A stretch of 64,000 nucleotides of DNA. Source: an uncultured Alphaproteobacteria bacterium (GTDB taxonomy: Bacteria > Pseudomonadota > Alphaproteobacteria > HIMB59). Below the pieces are notes generated by a model that saw only the letters and a program-made list of their open reading frames with translations, searched no databases and was not told where the DNA came from. The stretch covers positions 7,996 to 71,995 of the forward strand of contig CABZMT010000004.1 in NCBI GenBank assembly GCA_902526965.1. Reading direction: 5' to 3'. Below, piece by piece: positions 59,655-64,000 of the stretch. Each line of letters opens with the position of its first letter. The first letter of the stretch is position 1. Position numbers and translations under genes: made by a program.

Positions 59655-60638
59655 ATGAAATTAATTCCTGAGTGGAAGGACCATGAGAAGTGCCTTATTG
59701 CTTGGCCATGTAATAAAGATTTATACGGGTCCGTAATTGAAGATGCTAGGTTAGAAATAGCAAATTTTGCTAATCAAATTTCAGATGATGAACAAGTTGA
59801 AATTTATTGTAATTCCTCTGACTTCAAGGAGTGCTTACAACTTTTATCAAATTCAAAAATTAATATCACTCAAACCAATTTAGATGACTCTTGGATGAGA
59901 GATATTGCACCAATTTTTTTTAAAAATAATGGAAGATTAGAGAGTTATTCATTTAACTTTAATGGTTATGGTAAGTACCCTAATTATAAAAATGATAATA
60001 AGTTATCAGAATTTATATCAAGTCAATTAAAGCTCCCAATTAAAAAAATTGATTTAACATTAGAAGGGGGTGCAATAACTTATGATGAAAATGGTAATTT
60101 ATTTACGACTGAAAGCGTACTTTTGAATCCAAATAGGTCCAACCCTAAAAAAAATATTATTGAGGAAAAACTTACAACATTATTTGATTTGAACTCAATA
60201 ATTTGGCTTCCAACGGGGTTGGAAGGTGATGACACTGATGGCCATATAGATAATATTTTTTGTCCAATAGGTGATCAGAGATATCTTATTGCAAAAAGTA
60301 ATGACCAAACGACAATTGATTATAAATCTCTATCTGAAGCTAATTTGATTTTAAATAGTAAGTTATCATTGACAGTAAATAATTTAAAAATTATTGAGAT
60401 ACCACTGCCTTCAAAAAAAATTATAAATAATAAAAAACTAGTAGCATCATATATAAATTTCTATTCTACAAAAAATTCAATATTCATTCCAAAATTTAAT
60501 GTAAAAGAAGATGAGGAGGTTTATGATATCTTTAAATCATTATTTAATAACAAAAAAATTGAAATGATAGAGTCGGCAAATATCAATTACGGTGGTGGTA
60601 ATTTACACTGCATTACTATGAATGTTCCAAAATTATGA
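59655..60638 (+). CDS. aguA: Agmatine deiminase
   Basis: PEW..H, DSWMRD, LEGG, DTDGHID, SYINF, GGGNLHCIT. Confidence 0.92.
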   Translation: MKLIPEWKDHEKCLIAWPCNKDLYGSVIEDARLEIANFANQISDDEQVEIYCNSSDFKECLQLLSNSKINITQTNLDDSWMRDIAPIFFKNNGRLESYSFNFNGYGKYPNYKNDNKLSEFISSQLKLPIKKIDLTLEGGAITYDENGNLFTTESVLLNPNRSNPKKNIIEEKLTTLFDLNSIIWLPTGLEGDDTDGHIDNIFCPIGDQRYLIAKSNDQTTIDYKSLSEANLILNSKLSLTVNNLKIIEIPLPSKKIINNKKLVASYINFYSTKNSIFIPKFNVKEDEEVYDIFKSLFNNKKIEMIESANINYGGGNLHCITMNVPKL

Positions 60639-61492
60639 ATGTAAACGTTGCAGTATCCCAATTTCAGTCAATAAAAGAAGACAAAGAAGCTAATATCAAT
60701 AAAGCACTTTATTTGGCTGGTGAGGCATCAAAACAAAAAGTTAATATTCTTCTACTACAGGAGTTATTTCAAAGTGAGTATTTTTGTTCAACAAAAGATG
60801 AAAAGTTTTTCGAATATGCTATTGAATTTCCAAATAATAAATTATTTGAAATATTCTCAAATTTTTGCAAAAGCCACAATATGGTTATACCATTAAGTTT
60901 CTTTGAGAAAAAAGATAAAAGTTTTTTTAATTCTTTGGTCGTAATTAACTCCGATGGAAGATTAAGTGAGCTTTACCGTAAGTCACATATACCAGAAGGA
61001 CCTGGATACAATGAAAAATTTTACTTTGAACCTGGAGATACAGGTTTTAAGGTTTTTAAAACTAAGTTTGGAAATATTGGCTGTGGAATATGTTGGGATC
61101 AATGGTTTCCAGAGTGTGCTAGGTCAATGACTTTATCTGGTGCAGATATTTTATTATTTCCTACCGCAATTGGTTCTGAACCTCAGGACCCTTTATTAGA
61201 CTCAAAAGATCATTGGCAAAATGTTATGAGGGGACACGCAGCTGCAAATCAAATTCCTGTTATTGCATCTAATAGGATTGGTACAGAGGTAGAGGGTTCA
61301 ATTTCTGTTACCTTTTATGGCAGTTCTTTTATCGCTAATCATTTGGGTAATATTGAAATTGAAATGAACAAAGAAGAGGAAGGTTTTGTATTTAAAAATT
61401 TTAATTTTTCTGAGATAACTAAATATCGCCAATCCTGGGGTAATTTTAGAGATCGAAGACCAGACTTGTACAAAAATATTTGTGATTTTTAA
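60635..61492 (+). CDS. aguB: N-carbamoylputrescine amidase
   Basis: QELF, YRKSHIP, YNEKFYF, GICWDQWFPE, PTAIGSEP. Confidence 0.93.
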   Translation: MNVNVAVSQFQSIKEDKEANINKALYLAGEASKQKVNILLLQELFQSEYFCSTKDEKFFEYAIEFPNNKLFEIFSNFCKSHNMVIPLSFFEKKDKSFFNSLVVINSDGRLSELYRKSHIPEGPGYNEKFYFEPGDTGFKVFKTKFGNIGCGICWDQWFPECARSMTLSGADILLFPTAIGSEPQDPLLDSKDHWQNVMRGHAAANQIPVIASNRIGTEVEGSISVTFYGSSFIANHLGNIEIEMNKEEEGFVFKNFNFSEITKYRQSWGNFRDRRPDLYKNICDF

Positions 61493-61543
61493 CTAAAACT
61501 ATCATATTATTTTATTACTACTTAAATGAAGAGGAGAGGTAAT

Positions 61544-62611
61544 ATGAATAAATTTCTAACAACTCTTTTAGTCTTAATGCTTCCTATGAGTTTAAGCGCT
61601 AAAGAAGAGTTATTTATATATAATTGGTCAGATTATATAGCAGAAGATACCATAGCAAACTTTGAGGAAGAAACTGGTATTGATGTAACTTACGATGTTT
61701 TTGACTCTAATGAAGTTTTAGAAGCTAAGCTTTTAGCTGGAGGAAGTGGCTATGACTTGGTCGTTCCCTCAGGATCTTTTATGGAAAATCAGATTAAAGC
61801 TGGAGTTTTTCAAAAACTAGATAAAAGTATGATTCCAAATCTTAAAAATTTAGACCCAAGTGTTTTAGAAAAAACAGATGCTCACGACCCTGGCGGTGAT
61901 TATTCTGTAAATTATATGTATGGAACAACTGGTATTGGTTATAACGTGGCCGCTGTTGAAGAAAGAGGTGGAGATGTTGAGTCCTGGGATATCATATTTG
62001 ATGTAAATGAAATTTCTAAATATGAGGACTGCGGTGTTGCTTTTTTAGATGCACCAAGTGAGATTGTAGAAATTGCACTAAATTATCTAGGTCATGATCC
62101 AAATACAGAAAACACTAAAGCTAATCAAGAAGCTTTAGACTTATTAAATCAAATTAGACCATATATTAAGTATTTTGACTCATCTCAATATATAGATGAT
62201 TTAGCTAACGGTGAAATATGTTTAGCAATTGGTTGGTCAGGTGATGTTTTTATAGCAGCATACGAAGAAATTGAAGAAGTTTGGTATTCAATTCCTAACG
62301 AGGGGACAGTTATTTGGTTTGATATGATGGGAATACCAGCAGATGCTAAAAATGTAGAAAATGCTCATAAATTCATAGACTATATTTTAAGACCAGAGGT
62401 TGTTGCTGAAATTACTAATTATGTTTGGTACTCCAATCCTAATCTAGTAGCCAACACAACCGAAGGACTGATAGACCCTGAAATTCTCTCAGATCCAGCA
62501 ATTTATCCAACAGAGGAAACTTTAACTAAACTATTTGCAGATACCGCAGACTCACCTCAAAAGTCCAGAATATCTTCAAGAGTATTTAATAGCTTTAAAG
62601 CTACTCAATAA
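61544..62611 (+). CDS. potF: Polyamine ABC transporter substrate-binding protein
   Basis: YNWSDYI, YDVFDSNE.LEAKLLAG.SGYD, GWSGD; ATG at 61544 behind GAGGAGAGG SD. Confidence 0.92.
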   Translation: MNKFLTTLLVLMLPMSLSAKEELFIYNWSDYIAEDTIANFEEETGIDVTYDVFDSNEVLEAKLLAGGSGYDLVVPSGSFMENQIKAGVFQKLDKSMIPNLKNLDPSVLEKTDAHDPGGDYSVNYMYGTTGIGYNVAAVEERGGDVESWDIIFDVNEISKYEDCGVAFLDAPSEIVEIALNYLGHDPNTENTKANQEALDLLNQIRPYIKYFDSSQYIDDLANGEICLAIGWSGDVFIAAYEEIEEVWYSIPNEGTVIWFDMMGIPADAKNVENAHKFIDYILRPEVVAEITNYVWYSNPNLVANTTEGLIDPEILSDPAIYPTEETLTKLFADTADSPQKSRISSRVFNSFKATQ

Positions 62612-62617
62612 ATTAAT

Positions 62618-62653
62618 TTTAAGGTGCAACTTGGCGTCAATTTGCACCTTAAA
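62618..62653 (+). terminator. Strong stem-loop after potF (mRNA stabiliser or attenuator)
   Basis: Perfect 12-bp TTTAAGGTGCAA/TTGCACCTTAAA plus inner TTG/CAA. Confidence 0.75.
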
Positions 62654-62663
62654 CTAACTTTTC

Positions 62664-63722
62664 ATGTCAAATTCTTTCTTAGAAATAATAAATGTAACTA
62701 AAAGATTTGGTAATATCTTGGCATTAGATAAAGTTAATCTCAAAATAGAAAAATCTGAAATATTTAGTCTGCTCGGATCATCAGGTTGTGGAAAATCCAC
62801 CCTTTTAAGAATTATTGCTGGTTTTGAAAAACCCGATCAGGGAAAAATATTACTTGAAGGAAATGACATAACTAACCTTCCTCCATACATAAGACCACTA
62901 AATATAATGTTTCAAAATTATGCTTTATTCCCTCATCTTAATGTGACTAATAACATCAAGTTTGGACTAAAAGAGGAAAGTATTCCAATGCAAGAAATCA
63001 ATAATCGTGTCAATGAAATTTTAAATTTATTAGAGTTAAATGGCCTTGAGGAAAGAAAAGTGAATGAAATATCTGGTGGCCAACAACAACGTGTTGCTTT
63101 AGCTAGATGCTTAGTCAAAAAACCAAAATTACTTTTATTGGATGAACCTCTTGCTGCATTAGACAAACAATTAAGAATACAAACACAATTTGAACTAGTC
63201 AATCTGCAGAACAAATTAGGAATTACATTTATTATTGTTACCCATGATCAGGAGGAGGCAATTTCATTATCTGACAGAATGGCTATTATGCAAAATGGTA
63301 AAATCCTTCAAGTTGGAAATCCTGTTGAAATTTATGAAAAACCTAAGAATAACTATATTGCAAATTTTATAGGAACAGCAAATATATTTCATATTCTAAA
63401 CAAAAATAATCAAGTAATTATAAAAGAGTTAAATTACGAAATTAAAGATATTAATAATAATAAAAATTTTAATAAATGTTTAATAAGGCCTGAAAAAATT
63501 AATATTAAAAAAATTGAAAATCAATCTGATAACTCAAATGTTGGTATTGTAAAAGAGGTAGCCTATTTAGGTAGTTATACTAAATACTTGATTGAAGTAA
63601 ATGGAATTCAATTTTACTCATTTATGCAAAATAGTTTAGTTTCAGATAATCTACAAATTAAGTGGGATGATAAAGTTGAATTTAAATTTAATGATTCATC
63701 AATATTTTTGTTTAATGATTAG
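62664..63722 (+). CDS. potG: Polyamine ABC transporter ATP-binding protein
   Basis: [36 protein letters not shown]-terminal TOBE-like region. Confidence 0.9.
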   Translation: MSNSFLEIINVTKRFGNILALDKVNLKIEKSEIFSLLGSSGCGKSTLLRIIAGFEKPDQGKILLEGNDITNLPPYIRPLNIMFQNYALFPHLNVTNNIKFGLKEESIPMQEINNRVNEILNLLELNGLEERKVNEISGGQQQRVALARCLVKKPKLLLLDEPLAALDKQLRIQTQFELVNLQNKLGITFIIVTHDQEEAISLSDRMAIMQNGKILQVGNPVEIYEKPKNNYIANFIGTANIFHILNKNNQVIIKELNYEIKDINNNKNFNKCLIRPEKINIKKIENQSDNSNVGIVKEVAYLGSYTKYLIEVNGIQFYSFMQNSLVSDNLQIKWDDKVEFKFNDSSIFLFND

Positions 63723-64000
63723 GTACTTAAAAAAACAAAATTTTTGGTTTGTATTTACTCCATATTTTTGGCTAGTTTTATTCTTCTTTATCCCCTTAGC
63801 TTTAATTTTTAAAATTTCAATATCTGTATCTGAATGGGGCATGCCACCTTATAGGGATCTTTTTTCCTTATCCGAAGAGGGATTTAAATTTGACTCAACA
63901 CTTAGTAATTACCTTTTTATTTTTTCAGATCCTTTTTATATCAGATCTTACTTAAATTCATTGTCCTTAGCTTTTACATCAACAATATTATGTTTAGTAA
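63715..64000 (+). CDS. potH: Polyamine ABC transporter permease, 3'-truncated by the window edge
   Basis: Hand translation MIRYLKKQNFWFVFTPYFWLVLFFFIPLALIFKIS...MPPY; overlaps the potG stop. Confidence 0.85.
   Translation, partial: MIRYLKKQNFWFVFTPYFWLVLFFFIPLALIFKISISVSEWGMPPYRDLFSLSEEGFKFDSTLSNYLFIFSDPFYIRSYLNSLSLAFTSTILCLV

Noticed and set aside
7657-63214. Short shadow ORFs in the track (e.g. 7657, 10005, 11099, 12500, 17853, 18674, 23301, 25655, 26291, 27348, 27658, 28173, 32777, 34461, 35123, 36022, 36930, 41106, 42239, 42430, 51166, 52820, 53900, 56171, 62933)
   Set aside because: They are antisense to, or in an alternative frame of, well-supported genes and show no recognisable motifs
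1-64000. tRNA, rRNA, CRISPR arrays, IS elements, riboswitches
   Set aside because: The intergenic gaps are short and I saw none of the diagnostic motifs by eye; a covariance-model scan was not possible

Overview
A gene-dense, strongly AT-rich chromosomal segment from a streamlined marine alphaproteobacterium. The lineage looks SAR11/HIMB59-like, inferred from ALA synthase, TrcR/DUF1013, rpoH-rluD, the tkt-zapA-ygfA-ymdB-yebC-tol/pal-tilS-ftsH-glmM-hisZ-purA order and the tiny intergenic spaces. It holds the end of a general L-amino-acid ABC transporter, exporters (3 LysE, MATE, TauE) and a nearly complete clustered heme pathway (hemA, hemC with a HemD-like tail, hemB, hemE, hemH, hemF, hemG). 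It also holds a photolyase plus furan-fatty-acid-type operon, central carbon genes, Tol-Pal, the distal dcw cluster, a saccharopine enzyme pair and an agmatine/putrescine locus. I saw no tRNA, rRNA, CRISPR, transposase or prophage. Highlights: (1) a small PD-(D/E)xK Hjc-like nuclease occupies the ruvC-ruvA-ruvB slot between yebC and tolQ; (2) a candidate ~87-nt anti-Shine-Dalgarno sRNA sits behind a perfect LysR-type palindrome, with a related site upstream of two unannotated small proteins; (3) many genes show leaderless promoter geometry; (4) the photolyase frame is full length but starts with ATC at the leaderless position; (5) a homopolymer frameshift detaches the FtsZ C-terminal peptide. 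All family calls come from motif recognition, not database searches.
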